From Hemiscyllium ocellatum (taxonomy: Eukaryota), in NCBI RefSeq assembly GCF_020745735.1, contig NW_026867509.1, forward strand, positions 1,798,001 through 1,862,000: DNA of 64,000 nucleotides. The letters are read 5' to 3'. Shown piece after piece: positions 11,496-24,915 of this stretch (position 1 is the first letter of the stretch; each line of letters starts with the position of its first letter). The notes under the pieces are model-generated. The model did no database searches and was not told the origin of the DNA. It saw only the letters and a program-made list of their open reading frames with translations. Both the position numbers and the translations under genes were made by a program.

Positions 11496-12986
11496 GATAA
11501 TTCAGAAGAGAACAGATCATTTTCAGCTGGATATGAATTTCCCAAAGCCTCGATGGGTGAAGAATTGAGTTCTTGCCCCATACAAAGAGCAGTGATACGA
11601 GCCAATTGGATTGCGTCAGTTTTGAATCAAATATTTTGAACTTTAAATTGTGGTGTGTTAATGCGTCGGAAAACTGAGTGCAGTTCTTAATACACATGAA
11701 GTATCGGAATTGTCGCTCACGAACGTTACAATGTGCAATAAGGTTCTTATTTCGAAATTTTAACCATTGCCCCGAGAGGTTTGTCGGCAGCCTCCACACG
11801 ACCCCAGTGAATTTTCTGGTAGTTGGTCATTTCCTCGAGAATAACTTAAACAAGAGTTTCCACGTGAGATCAAATTGTGAAATCTCATGGGTAACACAAA
11901 CGTTCTGACATTTATACTTTGGAAATCAATGCCCAGCCCCCGAGAGAGGAGAACGGGCCAGACATCTCTCAGTCTGATTCACAAACAGAAAATGCTGGGA
12001 AAGCTCAGTGGGTCAAAGTAAATCTGCGTCGTGAGAAATATTGCTAATTGTGGTTGTTTTAGTTCAAATCGGTTTCAAAGGTGCTCCATGAGCTGTCAAT
12101 AGTTTTGGATTCAGTTTGTGCTGTAAAGTGATATAAAACTGCAAGGATTCTTTTTTGATCGTGTGCCCTGATGTATTATCTCTCTTCGAGGGAAAATTGC
12201 TATTTTCCATCTATGCTATTACATCCAGTAATATCGAGGATCAATCTTAAATCATGTGTTCTGTAGCACAAGCAATTTTTATTCAGAGCTACATTACCAC
12301 ATGCATGGGAGAGGCCAGAGATCAATCCTAAACTGGTTTTCCAGTGAGACCCGCTTAGAAATAGCTCAGATCCTAAGGTCTTTGACACCCTGAGTTGCCC
12401 AAAGAAATGTATGGTTTTTATAGTCTTTGCATTATTTTAATTACATGCAAAGTCGATATCATTGTTAGCCATATCCAGAAACCTCCACCATCTGTCTATG
12501 GGATCATACAAATCTTCAGAAAGTTTTCTTCCTCTTTAGACATTTACCAGCTGTATCACAATATTTATGAATAGCATAAATTTTCAGTAAGAACTCTTAC
12601 ACTTCCTGCAAAAGTTTTACAATACCAGGTTAGGAAGGATGTTATTCTTATTAGTAATTATAACTTCAGTAAAATCAACTCTAATATGAAGTTATTGTGA
12701 CACGACTGGCAAATTAAGAATCGCCTTTGTCTGATTCCAACCTCAGACTTGCAATTGTGGTTTATGATCCAATTTGTTTCGATGCTGAATGCGATTTTTA
12801 ACCTAAATGGTAATTTTAAATACTTCTTTACTATTTACACGTTAAACACTTCCGATTGCTAATTATCTTTTCTTAATAAATATATATATTCAAATTCCTC
12901 TAATAAGAGTGAAATTCTACCACTTATAACGTTATCAAGATATTAAATGAAACGTGCTGAAATTTCACAAATAACTCATGGACAAA

Positions 12987-13363
12987 TTGATATGTTGCTG
13001 CTGGACTGAAAGAAACGGGTTCAGGCTGATCTTCCCTTTCTTTGCCATCTGTCCTGAAAGAAACTGGATTTGATTTTACCTTTTGTTCCAAGGAATGTTT
13101 CTGGGGATGGTTGCAAGTAATAGGCACAGCATCATTAAGTTGTGTTCGCAGAGGTTAAGACATTCTACACATTCTGTTCTCTTTTGTTTGTGTTACATTC
13201 AGTAATCTTGTAAAAAAAAATCTGTTTTGTTTAAACCAAAGTGGTTGGGCCAGCTGCATCACTCCGGGAATGCTCTCTTCATACCTGCTTAAATCAACCA
13301 GCAAAATTAGGGGCAGGTCTATCTAATTGAAAGATTTAGTGGGGTCTGACCTGGTGCATAAAA
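12987..13363 (+). mobile_element. Solo Gypsy-type LTR, 5'-truncated in this copy
   Basis: Ends ggggtctgacctggtgcataaaa (degenerate ...cataaCA). The full-length counterpart is at 52305-52927. Confidence 0.65.
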
Positions 13364-13559
13364 CCCTGTATATCTAAATGAAGACCACAAGTCCAGCTTT
13401 GAACATTTGCTGGTTTGAACTGTTAAAACTTTTGGCCAGGTAGTGTCAGCTGAAAAAGCCCGAAGCGACTATCTTGTCAACTTATTTATGAGCTGCGAAA
13501 ACCCACCGTCCATCCTCATGACAGTTGACTTAAACACCAAGCAAACCTATAAAATATGC

Positions 13560-16390
13560 AGGATATACACACTATCCTGCTGCCGTGGGTAATGGGTGAA
13601 TCCTTCAGTTCTCTCATTTTCTCATGTTATCGTTTATTTATATGGAGTATAATTGCTTGTACTGGTATTATTAACGCAATCAATACAAATAATTTGACAA
13701 CTACTTGTGCATGAGATATGATCAGGATCCACGGGTGTATTTAGGTATTTAGTTCCCCAAACCATAATCTGACGGATCCAGTTCGATTGTTATAACACGC
13801 TGTCAACTGTATGAGTTTTAATCTCGTTTGTATGTTCAGACTATTGATGAATGACTTCTTCAGCTCTTTTCCCAATCTTTCCCCTGTCTGTAGTCACACG
13901 CGGAATTGATGGCACTTCCATTGCCAAGTACTTTGACACTTCTCAGTGCATGTCAGTTCGCTGGATGGTGAGATCCATCAATTCCTGTCACATCTGTTTG
14001 TATAAGCTCTGCACAGTATTAATAATGCTCTGCCCCGGGATGCAATTTGCAATATTCTGCTCGTTTAACTTGCCCTGCTTTGAACCCTTCTGGGTATAGC
14101 TAGTTTATTTGAGGAAACAGCACAATGTTCTAATCAGGGGTTTCTGCAAGGATGACTGGTTGTTCATTGACGATATAGGTTACATACACTTGTCACATGC
14201 CATAAAACAAAAATTGAAAGATTTTGACTGGTCATGTGTTCAAAGCTTGATCAGTGATTATTTCCTTGGTGACAATTTACTAAGCTGAAAATGTGTTGCT
14301 GGAAAAGCGCAGCAGGTCAGGCAGCATTCAAGGAGCAGGAGATTCGACGTTTCGGGTATAAGCCCTTCTTCTCTGAGATTGGGATATGGTTCGCGTAATA
14401 TCCATGTGTTATTGTTCCAGTACGTCCATGGATCTTGGCTAGTAGGTCAATCTTATTTTGATTGTTCCATCTGGCTCAGGCAGTGTGACGGAATATTGTT
14501 ATGTTTTCCTTCCTCTCTTTCAGGCCATCAACTACAATGAGTCACCGAGTATTGCATTTTAGCCAACCCGACGTGGGCTAGGCAATGACATGTTTTAATA
14601 ACGTATTTCATATAAAGTGTGGTGAAACTACCTTATCCATCATCACACACACTCTGTCTTACCGTGTCATTACCCCACGCTATTTCCCATTTATTTTTCT
14701 CTTTCTGTGTGGCTGTTTCTTGAAGAGTTTTTTTTTAACTTACCTCTCTTGCTTTGTCAAATGTCTGTTCGGTTTCTGTAAACATCTTAGCTGGCTTATT
14801 GGCAATCTTATTACCCCATTGTTGCAGTGTTTCTACCTTCCATTTAGCTCTAATCCTAATTCCAGTTATTTTATTAAACAATTTAGCTGCTTCCATCAAC
14901 TCTTCAACCTGTTCGTCGAGCTGTCCATGAGACGAGGTGATGCACCTTCTCCAACCTCAGGTCAACATATTATCATGCCCTATCCCAAACTCAGGCCTCC
15001 CATCTCTCTTCCCTACCATGAAAGCTGCTGGATTTACTGAACTGAGTTTACAAATCATTGACTATTTGTATATGCTCATCTTCAGGGACATTGCCTTACT
15101 TTTCTTGATTCAAATATAATCACATAATTATGAGGCTTCATCATTTGTCTCATCAGAGTATTGGGTTAGTACCCTAAAATTGCTCATGTAACGCAATCCA
15201 GACCTGTGCACATCGGTAAAGTCTGGCTACATCACTCCTCTATTGTGTGAATACTATGCTACCGACCTCATATATCATCACTCGCTTGACTTACTGCTGT
15301 TTAGTTTCCATTCTCATTATCACAAAAACAAATCTGAAAAAGCTTTTTGGCAACCTGATAATACTAACTCTAGGTCAAAGGCTTGCTGTCACCTAGCAAA
15401 GGTTATCTCCTTTTAAGGTCACACTCTGCTCTTTACCTTGACAGTCCAACATTCCCATCCCTAACCAGGGCTTATGAGTGATCTGTCGATTCTGATTAAT
15501 TCTCCACAAAATTCCTAGAATAAATAAACAATCCTAAATTTTGCCTTACATCGTTCACAGAGTGCGTATACAATAATTTTTGTATTGCACCCTGCTGGGA
15601 TTATTTTTGCCCCTGACTAAATTGATGTCCCAACTACCTATATGTTACTTCCTGTATTCGCAATTGTACTTTTCGTGGAGTAATTTGACGCCTTGCCTGT
15701 CTGACGTCACTGGTTACTGTACTGAATTTTTCACCAACTGTGTCTGTCAGGATGTCATCTGCATACTGAAAGATAAAAAAAAATCAGTGTCAGTCAGGTA
15801 AACTGGATTAACAATATCAGCCATACATCGATCAAGTATGGCTAGACTATTGTGGAATTCCTGATATTACCAGGTCCCTGAATTGCATACTCAAACAGCA
15901 AATGCCAGCTTATTGTGGGGTTCCTTTTCCATAGGTACGGACCAGAAGTTGCTCACTATATCGAGAACGGAGAATATATTCCATTGCAATGCTAGTCAAT
16001 TAACTATAGTGGCATAGTTCGCTAACATAATACAGTCCTTTGTGGTATATTTGTTTCAGGAGGTATAAAAAATACTGAGGCGATGTGAACAGTCTGGCTC
16101 AATGACCAACCAAATACATTATCTAGCATGGGATTCTGTCAGTCTAACTGCTTCCTGATTCTCTATACCAATCTGAATTTCTGCTTCGTTAGGCTACGCT
16201 GGGATCCTGTTGAAGCAGTGGGAGGTTTGGAGGGCAGAGAAGGAGTTGGTGAGAGGGCCCTCGATCTTTATAGGTTTGACAGATAACAACCCATTACTGA
16301 TCATCTTCTTGATCAAATTCTCATTGAAATCTAGTGCACAGCATAACAATGAGTCTTCTGTGGCCCTGAGTGTTTTCTCTTTCAAAATTG
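13560..16390 (-). mobile_element. Decayed retrovirus-like pol region (RT, RNase H, integrase)
   Basis: FSVLDIVSNFWSVPM; FQYADDIL (YADD at 15754-15765); LGHQFSQG; GNKIANKPAK (RNase H end); HCLAHVG, DPWT and EIITDQ...QSS (integrase). Riddled with stops. Confidence 0.8.
14286..14372 (-). mobile_element. Penelope-like terminal fragment with a truncated hammerhead core, inserted in the integrase remnant
   Basis: Minus strand ...GAAGA AGGGCTTATACCC GAAACGTC GAAT lacks the leading CT of CTGAAGA; shared with copy B (about 53848-53935). Confidence 0.7.
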
Positions 16391-16789
16391 AAAGGGCTGC
16401 AGGTAATATAAATTAGTAACAAAAACACAAGTTTCTGCAAAAGCTCGGTAGGTCTCGCAGCATCTGTGAAGAGAATTCAGAATTAACATTTCGGGGCAGT
16501 AGGTTCTTAAGACAGGCAGTGACTATAATATGACAAAATTTACTTTGCAATTGGAGAGGGAAACATGTAACAGTATTTTAGTTGAATCAAGGCATCGGCA
16601 GAGGAGAAGCTGACCATAACTGACTGGGAGAGGAGACTAACAGGAAAGAGAGCGGAACAGCAATGGCAGGTTTTGTGGGAATAATTCAAAAATTCGTTTC
16701 GAGAAAAACTAAGGGAAAGGGAGGACGAAGCAACCGTGACTGACAAGGGAAGTGAGGCATACAATCAAAGGAGAAATCATATAAGGGAG

Positions 16790-18700
16790 CGAAACTCAGT
16801 GGGAAACCAGAGGATTGGGACGTCTAAAGTAACCATCAGAAGACACCGAAAATTGAAAAAAGGAGGGGGAAGATTAAATATGAGTTAGGCTAGCCAGTAA
16901 TATAGAAGAAATCAAGAATGTTCTTAAATGTATAAAGGACAAAAGTGAGGCAAGAGTAGCTAACGTGCTGTTGTAAAATGTAGCCAGAGAAGGAGTAATG
17001 GGAAAGAAGAAATGGGGAAGAACCTAAAGAATTACTTTGCATTGGTCTTCACGGTGGAAGACAGAAGGAAAATCTCAATAATCCAAGAGTGCCAAGAGGC
17101 AGAAGTGTATATGGTAGTCATATCCACGGAAAAGATGCGAGAAAATCTGGAGATGGATAAATTACCTGGACCTGGTGGACTGAAGAAGGAATTCTGATGG
17201 AGAGAGCTGAAAAGGGAATAGAGACGTTAGGAATGATCTTTCAGGAATCACTAGAAAAAGGGAAGGTTCCAGAGGACTCCAAAATCCCAAATGTAACTTC
17301 TGTGTTTAAGAAGGGCGTAAGGCAAGAGATGAGAAATTACAGGTTGAGTCGCCTGACACCTTTGGCCACATTTTAGGGTCCATTTTGAAGGATGGCATTT
17401 CTGAATATTTAGAAGTGCATGGTAAAATCGGGCAAAAATCAAAATGGTTTCATCAACGGCAGGCCATGCCTGACAAATCTGTTAAATTCTTTTGAAATTG
17501 TAAGGAACAAGTTTAACACCGAGAGAAAATTAATGGTATCTAATTAGAATTCAAGGAGTCCTCTGAAAAGGTGCCACACAGGAGGCTATTGAATAAGATA
17601 AGAGACCATATTCTAAATGTGGTCTGACCGAAGTCTTATAAAGCATTAGATATACGCACTGCTCTTATGTTTGCATTCTCTAGAAATAAATGTTACAGGC
17701 TGGTTAATAGCATGTATAGAAGCGTGGCTGTCTGGCGAAAAGCAGAGACAGGGGATAAAAGACAAATGGGAGCCAATGACCAGTGATGTTCTCCAAGTGT
17801 CAGTTTTGGGCCCACAGCTTTTCACTTTACACATTAATGATTTGGGTGAAGAGACTGAAGGCAATCTAGCTAATTTTGCAAATGATACAAAGAGAGTTGC
17901 GTGAGCATGCAGTAAGGATTTAGGCAGGTTAGAAAAATGGGCAAAGAACTGGCAGATGGCACGCACGCAGAGAAGTGTGAGGTCACGCACTTTGGCTGGA
18001 AGAATAGAGGCACAGACAATTTTCGAAATGGCGTGGAAATTCCGAAAATTGAAATTCAGAGGGTCTTGGGAGACCCATTCCAGGATTCTGTTTAGGGAAA
18101 CTTGCACGTTGAGTTTGTTGTTAGGAGGGAAAATGCAATGTTGGCGTTTATTTCTAGATAATACAAACATAAGAGCAGCGCATATACCTAAGGCTTTATA
18201 AGACTCCGGTCAGACCACATTTAGAATATTGTGAGCAGTTATGGGTTCCCTATTTCAGGAAGGAAGTACTGGCCGTGGAGTGTGCCCTGGAGAATGAACC
18301 AGGAATGTAACTTTGAACATATGAGGAACTCTGGGTCTCTATTCGAGAAATTTATAAGGACGAGTGGGGATCTAATTAAAACTTACAGAATACTGAACGG
18401 CCTGGACACTGAGGATGTTGGGAAGTCGATTCCATGAACAGAAGAGACGTGTACCCGAGGGTGGAGTCTTTATGTAAAGGCAAGAGTCTTCAGGATGGAG
18501 ATGAGGAGAAACGTCTTCAGTCAGAGTTTGCTGAATCTATGGAATTCGTTGCTAGAAAACTCTGTGGAGGCCAGGTTATTGAGTAATTTAAGGGACAGAT
18601 CTTTAGATTTTTAATTATCAAGAGGATCGAAGGTTCAGGGAGAAAGTGGAGAATGTGGTTGAGAAACTTGTCAGCCATGGTTGTATAATGGAGCACACTG
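16790..18700 (+). mobile_element. Decayed CR1 LINE ORF2 3' half
   Basis: KNYFALVFTVED, MDKLPGPGG, SDVLQVSVLGPQLFTLHINDL...ANFANDTK, YRILNGLD; duplicated at about 56600-58490. Confidence 0.88.
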
Positions 18701-21166
18701 GATAAGCCATTTCCTCAACTGCACAGTTCTTCTCTCATCTGCTGTTTGTTTGCTTCAATGCTGCTCAGCGTAAACTTTAATCACCTTCTGCTTCTGCAAA
18801 ATTGGACCGTTCGCAACAGAACATTCTCCACTGAAAAAATCACAGAAAGAGATAATCAGCCCTTGCATTGGTTTCGAAATTGTATTTTCAACTGCGGAAT
18901 TAACGATAAAGGGCGGTTAATTGTGGTTAATTGGTCAGAATGAACATGTGAGCCAGTGTAAGTAGTGGACAGTAAAATCGAACCCTACACTGAGGCTTGC
19001 AGCATCAGCTCCACGGTCATTTCCTGCCCCGTGCCTTCCAGTCATCACTGTCTTTTACTTTTCCACTCCCTCTCTCCTGCTCTGAACTTCTTCCCAGTCA
19101 ACCGCAGGTTTCTAATTAGAAACTGCAACTTTTACTCACTGATTCCTGGTAAATGGACGTCACCCATTAGGGCATGATTTATAGCCCTTCCTTAATTACT
19201 GCAGAGCTGAAGAGCTGCTTTCTCCAATCCTAGACCACCTTGGATGTCGGTATTGCCATGTTAAGAGTAGGAAGGGAGTTTCATGATTTAGATCCAGTAA
19301 CGCTGAAGGAGCGGAGAGGTAGTTCCAACTCAGAATGGCACATGACTTGCAAGGGTGTTTGTGGGTGGCAGTTTTCCAATCTATCCACTGCCATTTTCCA
19401 TTCAGACAATACCAATGTCTTACTGAACTGAGTCTGGCAGATTAGCATTTTTGTATTTTATTTGTAATCAGCATTTCGATTTCTTTTGACGAATTGACAC
19501 AAAAGAAAGAACTCTCAATTTCCTGACTGGGAATTTTATCCAGAAATAGTCGATGCAAGCTCTGAATCGTAACCCCGGAAAAAGGAGTGATCTTGACAAT
19601 AACTCAGCATGTTGACTTGTACACCCTCTTCTGCTATAGCTTATATCCCATATATCAATCTTAAAGATTTTTTATTTTCTTAATAAATGCTAAAACGTAT
19701 CGAATATTTTCTTGAAGCTTGAGATCAGAAGACATGTAAATTGGGGAATTAGATTCTATTAGATACCCTGCAGCGTGTAAACAGCCCATTCAGCCCAACA
19801 AGTCCACACCAACGTTCCGAAGATTAACCTATTACATAAAACGAATTAAATGATAGAAAAATGCAATCGATACTAGAAATCAAAGGCAAACACAGAAACA
19901 TCGCCAAAGAAGTAAAAGATCTGCCATCATCTGCAGAGAATGAAACAAATTTAATGTTTCGAGGTCAGTTGTACTTTCATTCAAAACAGTTCTGAAGGGA
20001 GTCAAATCACACTTGAAACGTTAATGTAGTGGGCCAAATGTTCCTATTTATAATTATGACTTACATGGAAAAAAAATCAAATCAACGGCAACAGATTTGG
20101 AGTTGATTCATGAGTTTCTAAAACTCAGCAAATCAAATTGACCACGAGATTTTCATATAGATAGAGGAGCAAAATAGCAATCTGTTAGTTTCAGATGTAG
20201 ACATGAATTTGAAGTGCCACTTCTGTTGACCTCACACACACTCGGTAGAAAAGAAAAGCATCAAATCTAAATTAGTTTGAAACAAAATAACAAAGATGTA
20301 AATAACACCTAATTCACGGAAAGAGTTGAAATGAATTTGAGTGATTATGATGCAATTGGGAAGAGACTGCTGATGCTTGATTTGAATTAATTTATTATTA
20401 TCATATCTACTAAAGTAATGCAAAAATTTGGTTTTGCATGCAATGGAGGCAGATCACAACATACGACTCACATAGTGTGATTGAAAAGAACGAGGAATCA
20501 TTGTTACAGCTGCAAAGGTAAGGCAGAAAAAGCAAGATCTACGTTTGATATTGTTAATTGACTAACAGTTCCTGGATTTTTCAAACTAATGCTGATTGCA
20601 GAGCACGTAAACAGACATCAATACATCTGAATGAATCATTGATGAGGCAAATTGAAACGCTTGAACCAACTTTTTGATGTCTTCTTCTTAATAATGTTCC
20701 AGATGTTCAAATACATAGTAGCCATAGTTCCAAAACCATTGAAAAATAAATGGATAAAGGAACATGCATAAATACTAATACATTAATTAATCGGTTAACC
20801 AAAAAAAATGAATGAATACATATATATATTTATGTAATAGGTAGATAAATTAAGAGATAGATAAGTAGATACATGCATACATACATACGTAGATAGATTA
20901 TAAAGCACTGCCTGACAACACTTGGAGTCCTCAAGTTGTGTTCAGAGACGCAAACTGTGGATTATTATCACATCTAAAACCTCTACAACTTCAGAAGATT
21001 TCAATCGTTCGAATAGTAAACATCAGAGCTCAAAGTTAATGAGTACAAGAGCCTGCCCAGGATCCTTTCTTATTCTCGTTTGAGAGATACCATGATGAAC
21101 TGTGCCTCTTTGATGAAAGAGAAAAGGCATCGGGAAATGTCTCTATTTTGTTATCCATGAAAGGTT

Positions 21167-23662
21167 TCACCATGTAAAATTAGTGATAGTAGTGAAAGGA
21201 CACATGAGCAGCTTTTTCATCTCTTCTCTAAATTTGGTCTGGGAAACCACATAAATGAAGACATTATTGCAGGAACTAAGTATCTGTAGCATGTTGGTCG
21301 TTTCTTGAAGAATAATATCAGGGTTACTGGAATCCAAGCCGTTGAAGTAACCTTCACCTACCAATTGCACGTAAAGGTAACGTCCAACATAAGTGGACCA
21401 AAGGAGGAGGAAACTGATCGAGATGGCAAAGAGCAAGACAATGGATCTTTTGCGATTGGCCATCTCAGGGTCTGCACGGTCACCTTCACCCCAAAGTCTT
21501 TTGCGGGCTCTGCTAGCTTCTAAGATGTGTATTACAGTTAATGTGTTGAGAAGCAGAATGAGAAGAAAAGGGAGAAGTGGTGTTAAAATCTGATCTAGCT
21601 TGTCGTAGACCTTCCAGAAGGGCGAAGTATAATAGATTGGTTTAATGTCACAGAACCAGGGCACCCCGTCCACAATGTACAGCGGCTGAGAGACTAAGTA
21701 GAAAGGGACATTCTTGACACAGCTCAGAGAACAAATCGTTCCTATTACCAGAGTTGCAGTTTTCTTGGTGCAGTATCTGATCTTCAGCTTCTGATAGCTG
21801 ATTGCCACAAAACGGTCAATGGTGAACGCCACTGTCAGCCAGACAGAGCCATCTCGTGTAGCATAGACCATCACACTGGTGACTGTACACGCAGGGGTCG
21901 TGGACAGGATACTGTTTCTGAAGTAGATGCCACCAATACGGTTTAGCACACAGCCAGCCATAATGACAAGGAAGTCCGCTATTGTGATTGCCACGAGGTA
22001 AAATGTGATGCAGAGAGACAGCCCACATTTTCTTTGACACAGGACCACCATCGCCAACAAGTTTGCTATAAGGATAGTAGAGATAGATATATGACAGAAT
22101 GAATCCCAATCACCAGTTAATTAACCTATCTATTTCGTGACTGAAAACCTCAGCTCACCATCTTCGTACATCCTTTTATTACATCATGAGTCCTACTACT
22201 ACAAAGTTGTTGATTTTATTCAACATTCAGTCATGAATTAATCATTTGTACTTACGTTCTTCAGTCCAGTCGGGTAGAGTGCAAATTCAGTTCTCTTTCC
22301 ACTGAGTCAAATCATTGTGAAGCTCACCAGTTTAATCAAACACAAAATATTTTTGTCTTATCCAAATCTTTATTAATAATATCATCCATCTTTTCAAGAC
22401 AATATGTTTGTTTCCTGTCTGGCAGTGCCGGATTTTAATAACCCCAAGCTTTAAATTTTCAGTTACAGCCAGAAGTAGGATCACTCCTCACACCGTAAAA
22501 GTTCAATTTATCTGCAATTCGACAATATCGCGTTTCATACCTCTCAATCAACCTATCAGTGGTTATATGTTTATCTATATACGTAGCAATCTCTGGAAAC
22601 CGTCTTCAATGTCGCCCCTCATTGTTTATCTTTCTCTTTTTTTCTTGAAGTTGTTCATTATCATCTAACCTATTGTCCACAGTTGCACCAGCATGTGTCC
22701 CTTATTCCTTTTCTCTCCAAATCATGGCTTGCTCGGCTATTTCAAACATCAGTTTATCATCAACCAGATTTCTGCCTGTCTGCTGCCACATATGGACAAG
22801 ACTCGGTAACAATAGTAACTTTTGCTCTTTCAAGGCGCATGACTGAAGATGGTATTTGGTACACACCACATTAATTTCATTGGCATCATTAGATATTTCT
22901 TTTTTTTAATGCCACATTCCTTTACGAAATGCAAATATGGGCAAATATCTCCTAATGACATAAATAGATTCCATAACAAATTAAAATCTCTTACGAACAC
23001 TCATAATTTGCATACAAATCCCAAAACACTTTCTGACATAATATTGATGACACTACAAATCAGAAACGTATTAGTTTGTAATCCATCCTGCAATAAAAAT
23101 TACTGTGATCATTAAATGTAGGTTTAATTTGAGCTCGTCCACTACAACAATTTCGTTCTAATAATGCATTTTGATTCGTGATTTACGAACCTAAGATAGA
23201 AATTTCTCCAGAAAACACGAAAAGCACCTCGTATGTTACCACATTGGAATTTAACTTGACTTTTAACAACTTTGCAGTTTAATATTCATGCAAAAACATG
23301 TATTACAACGTAAATTTCACTAACATAGCAAATGGAATTTCTAGAAATTGCTTATGAAACATTAATTAATATCATGCACTGTTGCACAATGAAATTACAA
23401 TTTCTATGCATATTCAGCATAAAGCTTTGTAACATATAATGCACCTATGCATACTATAGGCAGGTACTAGCTCCTAACATTCAAAGAGCGCTGAAAGTTA
23501 CACAATAATGTAACCCACCACAAAAGATAACATAGAACACATTCGGTGATTTACAGACATAAACGATAACTTATCTGTGATTGAAGGCTTACCAAGGGCA
23601 CCAATCACAGTGAGAAGGGGATAACAAATGGCAAAGAAAGGGGCAATGACTGGCTCATGCAT
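21167..23662 (-). CDS. GPR139-like class A GPCR, intact, 2 exons (23662-23593; 22065-21167), 322 aa
   Basis: Exon 1 MHEPVIAPFFAICYPLLTVIGAL+G with GTAAGC donor; exon 2 after TATAG, phase 1, gives A-NLLAM... Seven hydrophobic segments, ADFL (TM2), AFTIDRF (TM3), FLLLW (TM6), NMLQILSSCNNVFIY..KFR (GPR139/142-like TM7 and helix 8); no stops. Confidence 0.92.
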
Positions 23663-24114
23663 CGTCTTTCAGAAGTTAAGGACGTTCCCGAATCTGTAGT
23701 TGCAGTTTCTGCCAATTTCAAATCTTGCCTCATTTATTTTGAGCATGAGTCTCCAAAGGGACAATTCGTGAACAACAAGCAGTTTAGCTACATTTCAATG
23801 AACAACCTAATTAACTGAAGTTTCCATGTCTTCCATTTGCAACATCGAAAATGTTGATGACCTCATTCACTTTTTGCCAAACGACTGAATTGAACTCTGC
23901 CATTCCGCTTTGCCATTTACAATTATTTTGAAAGTTCCACTGATTGAATATGCTAAGTCGTGATTGTATCGATATTGGAAAATTGCGTCTTCCCTCATTG
24001 CCATTTCTCAAATATGATGTGAATTTGCTTGCCATATTAGTTTACACATTATATTGACTGCGAAACATTTTAATTTTTCATGCTGTAATCCAACCCCAAC
24101 TCCGCACCAAATAC

Positions 24115-24915
24115 CATAAACAAGACTGCCACTGTCGGCCCATTGTACCAGCTTGTTCCTGCCCCACAGAACTAATTTCCTCCTACCTTGACTCCATCCT
24201 CTCTCGCATGTTTGGACCCTGACTACCTGCATCCATGATTCATTTGATGCCCTTGGCCATTTTGTCACGTCCTATTTCCCAGTCATAGCTGCCTTTTGTT
24301 CACGTTGTTCTTCCCCTCTACACCTTCATTTCCCCACCAGGATGGACTGAGAGCTTCCAGATTCTTAGTGCTCGAGAGGAATAAACAATCCCCATTCACC
24401 AGAACTCCCCTTCTATTGACAGAGCGTTCTCTCTTATTAACATGGATTTCTTCTTTCATAACTGTGGATTCCAGGCTACTATGTTTAACGGGGCCGTCAA
24501 AAGCACACCCCTTGTTCTCAATTTTCATCCCATAAGTGTCTTCATTCAACGAATTATTCTCCGTGATTACAGATAACTGCAACAGAACACTCAGAAAAAC
24601 GCATCATTCGTTCAATTCCCCCCTCTGCATTTCGCCGGGGCACCTGAGACCACTCCTTGACCAATAACACCAACCCCACATCCCATGTAAGAGCAAAAAT
24701 TGCTGCAACTACCCCCTCACCTCCTCCCTGTTCCACACGCAATGGTTGAAGCATAATTTCAACTGTAATTGCTCCAATCTATTGTATTTTCTATATCAAG
24801 TATAGCCTATCCTACATTGGAGAAAGCAAATTAAGACTTGGTCTGATACTTGATACTTGGTCTGTATCAATAATAGCCTATCCTACACTGGAGAAAGTAA
24901 ATTAAGACTTGGCCA
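24115..24915 (+). mobile_element. Penelope-like retroelement remnant (RT and GIY-YIG), internally deleted
   Basis: KQDCHCRPIVPACSCPTELISSYLDSIL; PHQDGLRASRF; LSYIGESKLRLG. Absent from copy B. Confidence 0.8.

Noticed and set aside
17646-18170. 174-aa minus-strand ORF (and its duplicate at 57614-57901)
   Set aside because: Antisense frame of the CR1 reverse transcriptase remnant
23606-23612. CACAGTG heptamer inside receptor exon 1
   Set aside because: No acceptable nonamer at 12 or 23 nt, and the heptamer is changed (CACAGCG) in the paralog
21167-23662. Assigning the gene symbol GPR139
   Set aside because: Multiple divergent paralogs in tandem indicate a lineage-specific expansion; orthology cannot be shown without a phylogeny
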